64,000 nucleotides of DNA, taken from assembly GCA_012295275.1 (NCBI GenBank), contig CM022670.1:16244001-16308000 (forward strand). Direction: 5' to 3'. A model generated the notes under the pieces. It searched no databases, had not been told where the DNA came from, and saw only the letters and a list, made by a program, of their open reading frames with translations. The translations under genes and the position numbers were made by a program. Shown here piece after piece: positions 1 through 18,270 of this stretch (positions are counted from its first letter, which is position 1; each line of letters starts with the position of its first letter). Source of the DNA: Chrysomallon squamiferum (lineage: Eukaryota > Animalia > Mollusca).

Positions 1-2819
1 TCATCTATTTGATCTATATTGTAAACATCTCCTGTGCCAGTTGGTGTTCCTGGTATAATTCTAATGACACGTTTAGAATCAGACCCTCCTGGAGTAGTAA
101 ATGAATCAGATGTTTGCAGAATGGAATTTGATTCCACTGAAGTTGTCAAACTTGTAGGAATTTCTTCACCAGTTTCTTCCTCTTCTTCATCATCATCCAT
201 GGGTTCAGCCTTGACAATAGTGTATGTTTCCTCATCATCTTCACTGATCTGATCAGCAGTTCTAGGAAGATCTCCAGAACTGGTTGGAGAAGATATGTTA
301 CCAGATAACCCCACCATAATTCTTCGCTTCTTTTGTGACTGTCCAGTCTGTGCTGTTGAGGTGGTTTGTGTTCCTGAAAACTGAGTGCTTGACATAGATG
401 TTGAATTGTTAGTTTCTGAATCAGCAATAAAATTTTCTTCTGCTTGGTCTTTTGTTCTCTTCCTGTCTTTTGAAGGTGATTCTACAGATGATGTTGCTGA
501 GGTAATGTCATCTACTCTGTTTTTAAATGGTCGACCTCTTTTTGGAGTAGCTGGAACTTCTTTTGGTTGTGCAACTGTTTTGTCTTGATATTGTTCTGGT
601 TTTCCTGCTACTTCTTCTTTAATATTTTCTATGGTTTTTGGTGGCCTGCCTCTTCCCCTTTTTGGTGTAATTTCTTCTTCTTCAGCTACTATTTTTTTGG
701 TTGTTTTTGGTATAGATTTAGTTTGAGCATCTTCATCTTCATCAGTTTTTTGCTTTGTCGATTTTATATGTTTATCATTTTCTTCAGAAGTATTTGATCG
801 ACCTTTGAGTTTTGCTTCTGCACTCTGAACCTTCTTTTCTTTTTCTTCACTATTTTCACTACTTTTTGAAGGAGGTCGACCTCGACTTCGTTTAGGCTCA
901 AGTTTATCCTCTGATTTTCCATCTTTCACATTTTTCCCACTTTCTACAGTTTCACTTTCTGTTTCTTTTGGTCGACCTCGACCTCTCTTTGGTGTTGCTG
1001 CATTTTCCTCTGAAGTACTAGTATCAGTAACTGTGTCAGACTTCCGACTTGATCTTCCTCTCACTCTTTTCAACTCTGTTTGTTCATCATCAGCCATTTC
1101 TTTCTGTGATGGTCTACCTCTCTTAGTTTTGGGAGTATCTTCAGCTTGTTCAGCATCTAAACTTTTTCTAGAAGGCCTTCCACGACCTTTTTTTATTTCA
1201 GTTATCCCTTTTGGCTCCTCTTCATCACTATCTTGTGTTGTTGCTTTAGCTTCACCTTTCTTTTTCTCAGAAAGCTCTGCTTCCATTTCTTTACGAACTC
1301 TACCTCTTGCTTTCCTAGGTTCAGGGGATTCAGAGTTTTCATCAGTCTCTTTGCTGACTTGTCCTCTTTTTTTCAATTTTTCATTGTTTAATTTTTTATC
1401 TTCTTTGGATTCAGGTTTAACCAACTGACTAGCTTCTTCAGATCCCTTACGTAACCTTCTTCTCCTTGGAGTTTCTAAATCTGATTTTTCCTCCAAGTCC
1501 TTTTTGGATGCAATCTTTTTTTCATCTGTTTCAGGATCCTTCCGTGGTCGACCTCTTTTCTTTGGTGTATCAGAAACTGCAATTTTATCTTTCTCAATAC
1601 CTTCAGATTCTGATAGATCGGTTTCTTGTTGCTTTTTACCTCCTTTTATAAATTTATCACCATCCTCGTCTTTTTTCTGACCTCTTTTTCTGGTTGTTTT
1701 CACTTCTTCAGAAGATTTACTTTCCTCTGCTTGTTCTTGAACACTTTGAGCCAAAGCCTGAATTTTAGCTAATTGAGCTTCTTGTTCATTTTGTGGAGGA
1801 GCTAATGTATCATCTTTTCTAATATCAGTTTCTAAGTGTTCTTCTGCTTTACTGTTTTTATTTTTATCCTCAAGCAAAACATAACTTTCTTTGACAATCA
1901 TGTCTTCTACCACTGGCTCAGAATTTGTACTTTCTGCAGGTGGTTCCTCTTCTATTAATGATTTGTCTACATCCTCAATCATATTAATATTTGAACCTGA
2001 ACGATTGGCCTCCAACTCTTCTTCCTCTTCATCTTCTATGTCATCTTCTAAACTAATAATTCTTGTTTCACCATCTTCCTCAGCTCCTCCTGTCAGAGCT
2101 TCACCAGGCTGCAAAAGTTGGGATGGACTTTTACTATCAGAATCATTATCTTCATCATCTAAAGGAACTGATTCTTCCTCTACAATTTCTTCTTGATGAT
2201 CTACTACATCTTCTTGATCCACAATTTCTTCTTGATCTTCAACAACTTCATCTTGTTGTTCTGTAATTTCATTTTTCTGTTCAATAGCTTCTTCTTTCTG
2301 TTTGGTAACTTCATCTTTCTGTTTGGTATCTTCTTCTTTCTGTTTGATAACTTCATCTTGCTGTTCAGTGCCATCTTCTTCTTCAGTCATTTTATCTACC
2401 TGACTGACAACTTTGTCTGGCTGTTCAGTAATTTCTTCTTGCTTTTCTGTTTCTGTTGTAACATGATGATCAGGTTCTTCCATCTCAGAGACTTCTTCTC
2501 TGCTTGCTACTTCCATTTGTTCATCTGCCAGAACTACTGTTACCTCTGATCCATTACCTTCCTCAAGTGTACCATTGTCAGTATGTGTAATTTCAGTGCT
2601 TTCTTCTTCTTTAGTGATCTTGATCTTGGTTGAAAGTTCCTGTGACAAACTATTTGCTTTTTCCTGCATTGCTTGTTTAGCACCTACATCTCCTGAACCA
2701 TCTTCCTGCAGTAATGTTTTGGGAATTTCTTCTGTCTGCAAAATGGAAGCATCTGTGATCTGGGAGCCTTCTGTAAAAGCACCACTAGATTCTGTAGCTT
2801 CTGACTGTTCAGCATCCAT
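1..2819 (-). CDS. Large acidic/basic disordered protein with multiple AT-hooks; first coding exon, partial (continues beyond the left edge)
   Basis: ATG at 2819-2817 follows a polypyrimidine/AG acceptor (AG at 2823-2822). Translation starts MDAEQSEATESSGAFTEG and the same frame is open at the window edge (..IIPGTPTGTGDVYNIDQID); the frame was spot-checked, not read codon by codon. About 7 RGRP AT-hook cores (TPKKRGRPRK, KKGRGRPSRK, PKTKRGRPSQK, TPKRGRGRPKE, PKRSRGRPPSK, TPKRGRGRPPK, KRGRPFK) and an IVKAEP SUMO consensus. It is absent from the ORF track, presumably because it has no stop in the window. Confidence 0.85.
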   Translation of the reverse strand, partial: MDAEQSEATESSGAFTEGSQITDASILQTEEIPKTLLQEDGSGDVGAKQAMQEKANSLSQELSTKIKITKEEESTEITHTDNGTLEEGNGSEVTVVLADEQMEVASREEVSEMEEPDHHVTTETEKQEEITEQPDKVVSQVDKMTEEEDGTEQQDEVIKQKEEDTKQKDEVTKQKEEAIEQKNEITEQQDEVVEDQEEIVDQEDVVDHQEEIVEEESVPLDDEDNDSDSKSPSQLLQPGEALTGGAEEDGETRIISLEDDIEDEEEEELEANRSGSNINMIEDVDKSLIEEEPPAESTNSEPVVEDMIVKESYVLLEDKNKNSKAEEHLETDIRKDDTLAPPQNEQEAQLAKIQALAQSVQEQAEESKSSEEVKTTRKRGQKKDEDGDKFIKGGKKQQETDLSESEGIEKDKIAVSDTPKKRGRPRKDPETDEKKIASKKDLEEKSDLETPRRRRLRKGSEEASQLVKPESKEDKKLNNEKLKKRGQVSKETDENSESPEPRKARGRVRKEMEAELSEKKKGEAKATTQDSDEEEPKGITEIKKGRGRPSRKSLDAEQAEDTPKTKRGRPSQKEMADDEQTELKRVRGRSSRKSDTVTDTSTSEENAATPKRGRGRPKETESETVESGKNVKDGKSEDKLEPKRSRGRPPSKSSENSEEKEKKVQSAEAKLKGRSNTSEENDKHIKSTKQKTDEDEDAQTKSIPKTTKKIVAEEEEITPKRGRGRPPKTIENIKEEVAGKPEQYQDKTVAQPKEVPATPKRGRPFKNRVDDITSATSSVESPSKDRKRTKDQAEENFIADSETNNSTSMSSTQFSGTQTTSTAQTGQSQKKRRIMVGLSGNISSPTSSGDLPRTADQISEDDEETYTIVKAEPMDDDEEEEETGEEIPTSLTTSVESNSILQTSDSFTTPGGSDSKRVIRIIPGTPTGTGDVYNIDQID
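2190..2435 (-). repeat. Degenerate 21-bp coding repeat (7-aa Q/E/K-rich units)
   Basis: Translates as EQQDEVIKQKEEDTKQKDEVTKQKEEAIEQKNEITEQQDEVVEDQEEIV; the nucleotide unit recurs every ~21 nt. Confidence 0.7.
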
Positions 2820-5800
2820 TACTTTTGTAGAAAAAAAGAGAAGAAAATGTAGTCACACTGAAGCTACATATTTATAAGTTTATAAAAAATATTTTACTTA
2901 TAGTACAATTTGGAATGTCCAAAATAAAACATTTTATATTTATTTGTATAGTCTTGAAGTTTTTAATTCTTTTTTCATTTAATAACACTGAAAAAAGTGC
3001 CCATTGCACCTCTTTTTAAAAGTAATACTTTTATAAATTAAATTTAAAAAAATATTAAAACTACTTGAGAGTTAAAACTGATAATTAATTAGAAGCTTGG
3101 AAATGATGCTAATTTATCATTTACTGTACAAAAATAAAAATAAAAAATATAAAGATATTTCAATAATGAGAACTTGGTTAGTCCTTAATGTGCATTTATT
3201 TTTAAGCTTTTTTTCTCAGTAAAGGCACAAACATGTCCAGACCATCTATTTTTTAACTGATGACTGGTTGCACATTATTCAGCCATTTGTAGATTTTGGT
3301 CTTTTCAGTTTGGAAATCATGTGCAAACTGTGTATTTGTATTCAATTTATCAGTTTCAAGGCCAACGCAGAATTACTTTCAATTCTGGAAGAAGTCCTAA
3401 CACACAGAAACATTGTTTTGGTAATATTATTAATGTTATCTACATTTAAAACTGCGAACAGCATATATTAAATCAACACTAGTACAAGTTAATAAACCAA
3501 CATAATAAAAAATATATATATTTATGTACAACTATGAATATGCATGTACTTGTTGAAGACTCAGCTCTAATCCTGCATGTAACATCACAGCATCACAAAT
3601 ATTTAACATCTTTTGGGCACTGTCTATGCATTTAATGAAATATCCAGTTTACAGCAAACTGTTTAATAGTTTTGGGATTTTAATTTAAAGTGCAATATGA
3701 TCAAGTCCATTCAAATGAGTCATCTAGTTACACAGAGGTTAAACATTTTACAGTTGTTTTTTTTACTTTTTTCATATACCTCCGCCCGAAAAGATAACAT
3801 GTATGTGTGCATATATGTATAAAGAATCCAATTTAATTTTATTTATAATAAAATGATTGTTGGATGAGACTTTAGGTCTTTGAAGAATGCAGATTTACAG
3901 CAAAACAAAATCAGTGTTGATTTACTGGTGTACATGCAGTCCTTATGTACTACCTACAAACCACCCTTGTAATTAGTAATATATGTTGAGGGTCTATGGT
4001 ATATTGTCATTAATATTCAGGTTTTCTGGCACTTTTATATGCAGACCAATAGTGATGTAACAACTAATGGAAGCCACCTCATTTTATATATATTGTACCT
4101 ATAAAAACAACAGCAACAAACAGAATACAAATTTCTATTCAAAACCATTAATTTAGAATGCAGTTAGAAATATTTGAATGTAATTTTTACTGTTTATTAT
4201 ATATATATATCATTTACCCAAGGGTTGACTTCTTTTTCAGATTTATACACATAAGATATTCTTTCAAATTTTACTGTATCTGATTTTCATTCTCTTTCAT
4301 AACCAGAATGTAGTATTAGTAAAACTTGTTAATACCATGAAAACTGAGTATTAAGATTATTACTTTATGGAGTTAGAAAGGCATAAAATATGTTTATAAT
4401 ATTACATTCCATGGAGGAAATGTTTTTAAAAATCTAAGACTGTTACAGCAAAAATTCTAAATTATATAAATAATAAAATATAAAAAAGGAATGAAATAAT
4501 TCTTGTGTTTTAAACTGTGAAAATATCTGAATTATAATTAAATTATTAATCAGTAAATACCTGGCATTTTATCTATATTTAGCTCACTCTGGAATTATAC
4601 TGTTAAACAAATGTATGTTGTAACAGACTGTCAAATTGGATACAAAATATTAGTAATCATCATTTGAAAGATAAAACTTTGTGGTTGACAAGTGAAAAAC
4701 TTATTCTACAAATGGAAATTCAATATATCTAGTGAGATTCTGTAGGGGAAACAGCCAATATAGAAATGCTTTGATCTCTTTTATAATACTGATATATTTT
4801 AAATTACAATTTTTATTTGTAAATTTCTTTAAAATACAAGTGTTCCCCAAACTTTCTAATAATTTAAATAATAATAATAATAAAAATAATTAAAAAAATA
4901 AATAATAAATAAATAAATATAAAAAAATAACAAACATAAATCCTGCAGATTTATTTTCCATTAACTGACATCTTGTTTATTACATGAAATGTTTATTATT
5001 TTTACTATTTGGTAGAGCTTTAAATTCACTATATATTAACACAGGAATAAAAATGGCTGTTTGATATATGCTTATTTTAATATATTCATGACCATTCTGT
5101 GATATAACATCATCAGATCTGTAGTTACAATGTGATAAAAATACTTGTTGTCATATATTATTTTTGTTCACTGTATATAAACACCAAATATATTTCTTTA
5201 TAGGAAATACAGTACTGCTTTATATTAGCACAATTCAATTTATTATCAGTTGTGATTAGTCTATAATTAGTCTATGAACATGAAAAAAAAAAAAAAAAAA
5301 AAATGGTACTGTACAAATTACAGTAAGCAACATGTAAATAACTTGATTTAGTATAATCACCACAGTTTATTATCCCCAAATGGCACACATCTTCTGGAAT
5401 ATTTTAGCTAATTTTATTAGAAATTATGATTATTTTATTCTTTTTATGAAAAAAATAAAATAATAACAGTAACAATAATTTATTTACTAATTTTAATGAA
5501 GGAAATTATTTATCCTGTATTTTAGATGTCTTGAAGCCAAAATCATATTTACTTATGCTATTACCTAACATGAAAAACGTAGAACATTTATTGATTTATA
5601 TCTAGGAAATGTTAAAAATATTTAGAATACATTTCATATTATTATTTTAGGTTATTTTACACAGTTACACACACACACACATACAACACACCGCTGGTAA
5701 CATCCAATCTATAAAATTTAATTCTTCAACATTCAGTGCATTTATGCTACGACATGGAATTATGAAATAGATTTTATTAGGTTCAGAATATTTTACGATG

Positions 5801-6139
5801 ACGGTATAATCATACAACGAATCTGACAGTGATATCAACAAACATTTTTTTAAATATTAAACGCTTAAATGTAACTAAAACAATGCAGCGAGCAACTCTT
5901 TACTCCCTCAGTACAGCGTTGTACCGGCTTGCTGTCGGCTAACATTAACAAGTCACATGATCAATCTCATATTTATTTATGATACTAATAATTCTAGACG
6001 GCTAAAACACCGAAATATTAAATTAATAAGACATATAAATGTATATTGTTTGATGGTGATTATTTATGATCTTAAATTAGAATTGCTTGTACTTGTAGTC
6101 AAAATATAAATGTAGTTATTCAAAGGGAATCAACTCGCA

Positions 6140-6240
6140 TATTTTATGGCTTGTCCGGGTTTCGTAGTCTCTCGATGTCGCGCGAGGCAAGAAGCCCCGC
6201 CATTACACCTTTGTCTGACCCAAAAACGTAACCGAAGTAC
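6140..6240. promoter_or_regulatory. CpG-enriched probable promoter of the AT-hook gene
   Basis: Local CpG cluster in AT-rich background (tctcgatgtcgcgcgagg, GC-box-like gccccgcc), located upstream of the minus-strand AT-hook gene. The transcription start cannot be fixed from sequence. Confidence 0.4.
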
Positions 6241-9025
6241 TACTGGTACAACATTCAATGCTAAAACCGTACAAGCAAAATAACTGTTATTTATTTCAAT
6301 TAACTACATTATGAAGTAATAATATCTTAGATCAAGATCTTTTGGTAGTGCACACAAGCCAAAAATTGTCGCCCCTGTGTTTTCCAGGGGCAGTAACCAT
6401 TTTGATAATCATAATAGGCCATCCCCCTTAGTTATCGCCCCATTACACTGCGGATGCGAAAATGGAGTGCTCTCTTTCAATTCTCAACACTTACTGTTTT
6501 TAAAACAACATCAGAAACGGGGATGCTTCGGAATTTTGCGATATTCCAACTGCAGCACAATGACTATAACAACCTTTGTTGCGCAGCCAGTAAAGAGGTC
6601 AAATATGCAATCGTTCTTGGCTTTTTTTCCTCTACCCACAATGCTTTGCGTACCGTAAATATTATAATAGCTTTTTCTTAACGATAAAAGAAGCAACGTA
6701 ATAGATATCTGCACCTGTGTAATTTAAATGTTAAATCCTACGAACCTTTCAATAAATTAAATACATTTTCGATAAATGATGATATTCAGATTTAAATAAG
6801 CTTTTTAATTTTTATTATTTTGTATTTTTTTTCTTCTCGATAGTGGGAACAAACAAGATATTAACGGGCGGTTATTGGTACTGAATCAGATTGGTCCAAG
6901 TATTTCCTATCTAATCCTCTAAATTATTGTAAGACGGCATCAGTTTTGATTTCTAAGAATAGGCTCAGATACAGTATTTTCTGAATATTTATTTTCAGTG
7001 AAATCAGAAATTGGGTTATTTTAAATAAAATAAAGTAACAAGCCTTCATAATTTAATATAATTGTGAAGACAAATTCATTTGACAGGGATAAAATTTTCA
7101 GTTACATTTTCACCTTTTCAAAACTTCCGAATCAGTTTGCAGAAAAATATTAGTTCCAAAGTAAATAATTTCCTGAAATCGCTAATTTATGAAGGAAATA
7201 AAAAGACAAAAGAGTGGAAGACTTTCAGCACTACATTTTATTATCAAATAGAGATTATAATACAGTATTTTTTCTCTTCATTTAAAAAAAAAAAAAAAAA
7301 AACGAATCATGTATAGTTAAGCTATAAAATAAAATCTTCAAAATGTTTGGTGTTTGTCGTCAAAGTTATTAAACATGCACTGTGACCAGACATTCACAAA
7401 TATAGTGTACAATTTAAAAATCAAAAATGAAATAAATTATAATTTAAAGAAAAAAAGTCTATCTACTTCAAAAAGAAAAAACTCACTGGCAAATTTATAT
7501 AACTTGAGAAAAATTTAAATAATAACAGATTCACTGGATCAGAAATTAGATTTCTGATGTCACACAGTAGATGAACCATCTGTTTAGTATGACTGATACA
7601 ATAATTTGACCTAACTAAAAGGTAACAAAGCTTTTTACAAATTTTGTTTATTAACAAAATTTTGTTGTCAGCTACAAACATCTGGAACACCAACATAATG
7701 AATAATGCAATGATTAAAAAAAAAAAAAACATGTTTATAAAATAAAAAATCTTGTAATGATATAAATGTAAGCTGAAAACGAAAGAATAATTTGTTTACA
7801 ACAAACTATTTTTTTATCTACAAAATCACTTGCAACAAAAGTCTGAATGAAATATTCTGATTAAATGATCATGCAGATTTGACAGGTATTTAAGAAACTG
7901 AACCAATTTTTTTCATAATGTATGATTTTATTAGCAGTAGTTTAGTAATAAAATTAGAAATTACAAAATGAATGAGTTACAGCAAAGCAGAAAAGTAGTT
8001 AAAGTAAATCAGATCTTAAGCAGACAGAAAAAAAAAAAAATTCCATGAAACAAAGCAAATTTAATAGATCTGGCATATTAACATTGAACAAACAAAAAAA
8101 TGCAGACAATTATTTTACCATGCAAGCAAATAATATGCAGTTTCAAATCTGAAACTGTATGTTTCAATTGTTCATATGTATATAAAAAGCTGTCATTAAA
8201 CATTTTTTACAGTTGAAGTTTAAATCCTTATTTAACTTTAGTTAAATAATTTGAATATGCTTACCACAAAACAAATGCAGGATCATGACACTTAAATTTT
8301 GAAACTGTTTAAACATACATTTGCATTTCCCATATTGCTCAAAACATCTGACAAAACTTTGTTATTGAAACAAACAAGCAAAAAATGATGTCAAGCAGAA
8401 TGGATTGCATTCTTTTGTAAGAAGAAAAAATCTTGAAAGTTTTTGATTATTAAAAAGATATAAATGGTAAAATACAATTTAAAAAAAAAATAATTTTCTG
8501 CAGTCTGATGCTGTCAACAGCCATTTAGATGAACAACCTCTTAACTTTTGTTGACTAAAAATTGTGTATTAGAGTTACGTTTATTATGACTCATGCATAG
8601 CATAAACTCTACTGCTACTAAACACATAGGTATATACATATGTACATATAACAAATAAAATCAACTAAATACAATAATTTGTGGAGTGGAGAAAAATAAA
8701 TGACTTTCTATGATGGTGAAAATTCAACCATCTTTTCCCAGTAAAAAAAACCCCAAAACATTAATACAAAAGAATTGCAGGAACTTGGTAAATCGTAATT
8801 GTTCTTAATGTAATAAAAATATTTAAGAACACATTCAAAATTCAGCATGCTACTTGCAGTTTCTATAAAATATTTCTGGGGGTAAAAATTGCAGTAAAAA
8901 AATGTAAGTCTGTCTCTGAAGCACTCTAAACATGGTGTAGTGATGGAATGCATACTGTCTTATGATTCCTACATAGCAAATGATTATTCTGAAGACACCA
9001 TTGTTTTTTTTCTGTTGAACTGTCA

Positions 9026-13512
<4,487 letters not shown>

Positions 13513-13645
13513 TCATATACCTGAAGAAAAACAAAAAATATAAATAAAAGTTAACTGGTTGACATTAATATTCAAAATAAAATGAAATATAAAACATGCA
13601 GACCTCAGAATTGGATTATAATAAACAGAGCAAATATTTTCATCA

Positions 13646-13684
13646 ACCTGCGAGTTATGAAACCTGCGAGTTATGAAACCTGCA
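13646..13684. repeat. 16-bp tandem duplication (aacctgcgagttatga x ~2.4)
   Basis: Direct reading; in the SMAD 5' intron. Confidence 0.85.
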
Positions 13685-16600
13685 AATTCAGTTAAATCCC
13701 ACTTATGTATATACAGCAGGATCAGTGTGGCATTATGTTTACTGTGTGTATGTATATATATATATATCTATATATCAGTGTGTGTGTGTGTGTGATAAAA
13801 CTGTACCAACATACCCCTTTTTTTTTTTTCTTTTTTTTTTTTAAATACATTAAGTTATTAACAGGACTAAAATAAAGTAAAACAGTTATGTGTGTTCACA
13901 CATATACCATTCATAAATGAAAATCACAACAAAAGTGCTTAAATGTCTTTAATTAGTTGATTTAATAAATTAAAACATTGCAATATATATTTATATGGCT
14001 TCTACCTATATCAACAGAAAATACTGTTGGTGCAAACCTTTAATAGTCTTTTTGGATTACATAACTGGCCAGAAATGGTGACATCTCATTTGTGTTTCCA
14101 ACTTGTATTTACAAATTGTAATGAGTAACTGTTTAAATAATTTCTGAAAATTAGTATTAAACCATGTTAAAAAGGTTATAAATGACAGGTGCAGGACCCT
14201 GAAAAATGACATGTCATTTATGCATGCTGAAAATAATTATGGGCAAATGTGTTCTGACATATAATAATACAGCTGCATTTCAGCTATTTGAGAGTGTATT
14301 TTCAAGGCTTGACATTTGATATAAATATAAAAATGCTTGGTTGTAAAGTTATATTTTTTTTAAATTGCTTATCGAATTATTTCAACAAGTCAAAATCCAA
14401 AAATAAAAAATAAAAAACATGAATCAGGTTTAATGTTCTCAGATGAAAACTGTCTTTTAAACTAGATGGAAAGGCAAAAATAAAATAACTAAATGATTAA
14501 AATATGAATACTGTTTTGAACTGGAACAAATAAAATCACTTAATCAAAATTAAAAAATTATAATTTTTATGCCAAATAAAAAGATCAGGTCATTCATTTG
14601 CTGATTTTATATGACAAGATGACAAGTGAAAAACTCTTTTAAATACTAACTTTCTAATGTATCCAACAAAATGGAAATGATTCTGAAGATTCTTACAATT
14701 TTCAATTCTTAATTGAACCTCACTCTAGCAAATGTTTATGTTTTGGGTGTCATCAGTTATTATACTATCAAAAATTCTAAGACATGAAATTTTATTCATT
14801 TATTTTTAAGACACTATTTTGATACTAAATAACTGAGCAAATGAAAAGTGCTTTTATCTTTCTTGTATATTTATATCCCTCCCTCATTTTTGAATAACTT
14901 TAATACATATTAACTTAAAATTAAAATAATCTACTCTGGGTGCACATGTAAACAGCTGTGATTTGACATCCAAATTGAAATTCCAAATGTATTTTGTGTT
15001 CCTACCGATGAAAACAACCTAACAAGAGATTCCCCATCCCCAAAATTCCAGATGTATTTATCATTTAGGAAGCATTCTTATTTTGTGCAATTTTACTTCA
15101 TACTGCAATTTATTGGAACCAATTTAAATTAAATAACAACTACCCAAGTCCATTCTAATGTTAACATTTCATTACTTTTACTTCAGATGGTTTTCGGATC
15201 CATTTCAGCCAACGTCTGCTTAAACATTAAAGCAAATAAGTACTGATATGTATAATCCAGAAAAGACAGAAAGCTTTTAAATACCGTTTCTTCTTCTTTT
15301 TAACATATTTGAAAAAGCTTAATTTCTAATGAAGCACATCTGTGGCAAACATAAAAATGAGTCATACAATCAGACCTTGATATGGCCAGGAACTCCTCAA
15401 TCAGTCAATCAAGGAAATGGTTCGAGATATTCTTTGAATTCTCCACAGTGGTGTGGAGATAATGTTCCTGATTCATGTGAAATAATCAATAAATGGAGAT
15501 TTGTTCCAGTGATGTATTTCTTACATTTCACTTGTTTTGAGATGTGTGAAAGGGGTCATATTTATTATTATCCTGATAAAGATAAATTAAATAATTGCAA
15601 ATGAAGGAAAAAAAATAAAAACATAAAATAATTACTATTCTAATAGATTATATATTTTATAAACAGGGATTTGATTTAAAATGGTAACATCAATTTAATA
15701 ATAATAAATGATTTAGATTCTTAATATATGAATAATACCAATTCCTATTTTGTTCATTTATCATTTAACACTGATTTCATTAATGTTATATTTAAAGCAG
15801 TCTATCATTTTATTCTGAATATATATTAGTTATACCATTACCACCTTGTTCCATCAGCATTTAACCATTTTTTAATCAAAATTATATTTAAAACATAACA
15901 GTCTGTTTTGACTGTTAATTTATCATAATTATAATGACATTTTTTATTTAGTGTCTATAACATGTTATTAACGAAGACTATATTTTGACCAAAAGCTTGA
16001 AGCTCGTATTTAAACTTTCAGCTTCAAAGGAATTTTAAGAAAAAGAAATATACTTTAGAAACATTTGTAACATATAAATTTACTTACGTTTAAATATTAA
16101 TGATATAAACCGAAATTTAAAAAACAATTATCAGATGTATATTTAACAATTATTCATTGCTGAACATCTAATGAAATGAAGATATTTATAGAAATGTTAT
16201 AAAATTACAGAAATATGAGGCAGTGCTGAAAATGTTTTATTATATCATCTGTGCACAAACAACAAATATACTAAACAAATTTAAAAATAATTACACTCCA
16301 CATTAATTTCTCAAACTATTTATCATGGCCGTTGACAAATTAGTTAGTTGCATGATACTTGATGGAACGACTGATAGGCCAAAGAGTAATACTTTAGGAT
16401 CTCACAATCTAACAATTTCTTAGTTACAACTGAAACATTTCATATTGGGTTATTAGAAGTTGAACAAACAGTCAGCGTTTTCTAAAAGCAAAGAATGTGA
16501 AAAAATGTCTCAAATCCAAATTTTTAATTTTAATGTTATAACAAAATTGACACTGGCATTTAATATTCTAACTATGCTCAAGTTTCAGATGGATTTGTAA

Positions 16601-17439
16601 ATATTAATGTTGACAAATTACTTTACCTTTCCCTTTTTTTGTAAAAGTATTGGTCAACTAAGATGACAGATTTTTACTTTTCTTTCTGAGATTAAATTTA
16701 TGGAAACATCAAATTTATTTTTGAGGTAAAAAGTAAAGAAAATAATAATATAAGGATCAAGTATATGATAACTTGTGTTAATTTCTCTTTAGTTTTGACT
16801 GATAAATACTTAGCTTATCTCACTCTAACAATGTAACCATTTATAAATAAAAGTAACAGAGATGGACCTAGTTTGTCAAAACTACAGGATTCAGGATATA
16901 AAATTACTGACACTAGAAACACTAACTTTATCAATGTATCATTGAGAGGTAAGAAATGTAATATAAACTTAAGAAGTATGCTTATTTCTTACTGCTGATG
17001 TTTTGACAGCTCACATCATTGTGCTTTTATTTAAAACAATATTCTTATTTGCAAAATATTACACATTTACTAGTTGCATAATAAAAGAAGCCTCCACAGC
17101 TGTAACTGAATATGTGTCATAATCATCATATAACAAAAATTAACCGATGGCTTGCAAAATATATTTATTATAAATAGAAAATCCATCTCAGTATCAAAGA
17201 TTCCTTACTCAAGTTACTGTTACTTAACACACTTAACGAAAACTTAAGTTTGTAATGCTTATTTGTAAGTAGCTAATACAACTGCGATTTATCTTATTAG
17301 GTCTCTAATTACCTCAATTATAGTCCAGAATAACAATACAATAAATACTCAATTATCAATACACGATACATCAATGAAATGGACTTAATCGCCCACAAAC
17401 CAATGTGACAACTAATACTATAAAAACAAGGCGTAAGTT

Positions 17440-18270
17440 TTACCTGTACTTATCCACTTGTTGTCTGTAAGTATGTAGCTGAATGATGTACACTAACAAT
17501 AATTTATCGATAAATGTTCAAGGCGGGAAAGATCATCCATGGAATTTTTTCATCAAAATCAGTTGCAGGGTAAGGCAGCGAATTTCTTCGCTATTGTAAC
17601 TGGCGACAGTCAGACGGGAAGTCGATTCACAGAAATAGGGTGTTAAATACCATTCCGCGTTTCTTGTACACTGTTGCTTCCTGTTTATTGATATTAGGTC
17701 AGTTATTGGAAATATAGCATTCGAGTGGTTTAAACTCAATTAATATAATATTAAAACATTTAGAGAACCAAGCATCTAAATATTTTGAATGCTCATAGTG
17801 TTTGATTAATGCACTATATTTAAGTGTATAGACAATTGACCTAGTCGTAGTTGTTAGGCCACTAGAAAGTGACGTCACAAGCAAGTGGCGACATAAAGTC
17901 GGCGAGTGTGATCCATTAATTCAAAGGGGTGAAAGGCGTTCTTGAGAATTCATTTGTCACCACATAATACCTTATTTCAAAATAATAATTAATTTTTTTT
18001 AAATAATTTTAAAAATTAATTAATTTATTATTATTATCAGAATAAATTAAAATATAGTTTGTAGTACAAATTTCTGACATTAATGCATACAACTCCTCTG
18101 GTTTAACAGTAAAATGCAATGATCTGCAGAATTTAGGGAAACACCGTCTAGTTCATTGCAAAGTCAATACGGTGCTTTGAAAAAAAACACTGAACACTAG
18201 TGTGACCCGAAAACACGCTCTTGCTCACATTTCTGTTTACTCTGCTCGCTTAACCGATTAGCAGGTGCAG
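17440..18270. promoter_or_regulatory. Divergent SMAD1/5 - GSTCD promoter region with palindromic CRE
   Basis: CpG-enriched zone between head-to-head genes. GTGACGTCAC at 17869-17878. Candidate non-coding first-exon donors at ~17443 (minus, CAG|GTAAAA) and ~18265 (plus, CAG|GTGCAG). Confidence 0.5.

Noticed and set aside
34-2877. Many plus-strand S/F/L-rich ORFs in the track
   Set aside because: Antisense shadows of the E/K-rich minus-strand AT-hook exon.
6377-6714. Overlapping short ORFs and GC-richer patch with ggggc/gcccc motifs
   Set aside because: No recognisable protein or clear terminal repeats. It may be promoter-proximal or repeat-derived, but this cannot be supported from one window.
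15329-15604. 91-aa plus-strand ORF in SMAD intron 1
   Set aside because: No homology recognised and no convincing splice context.
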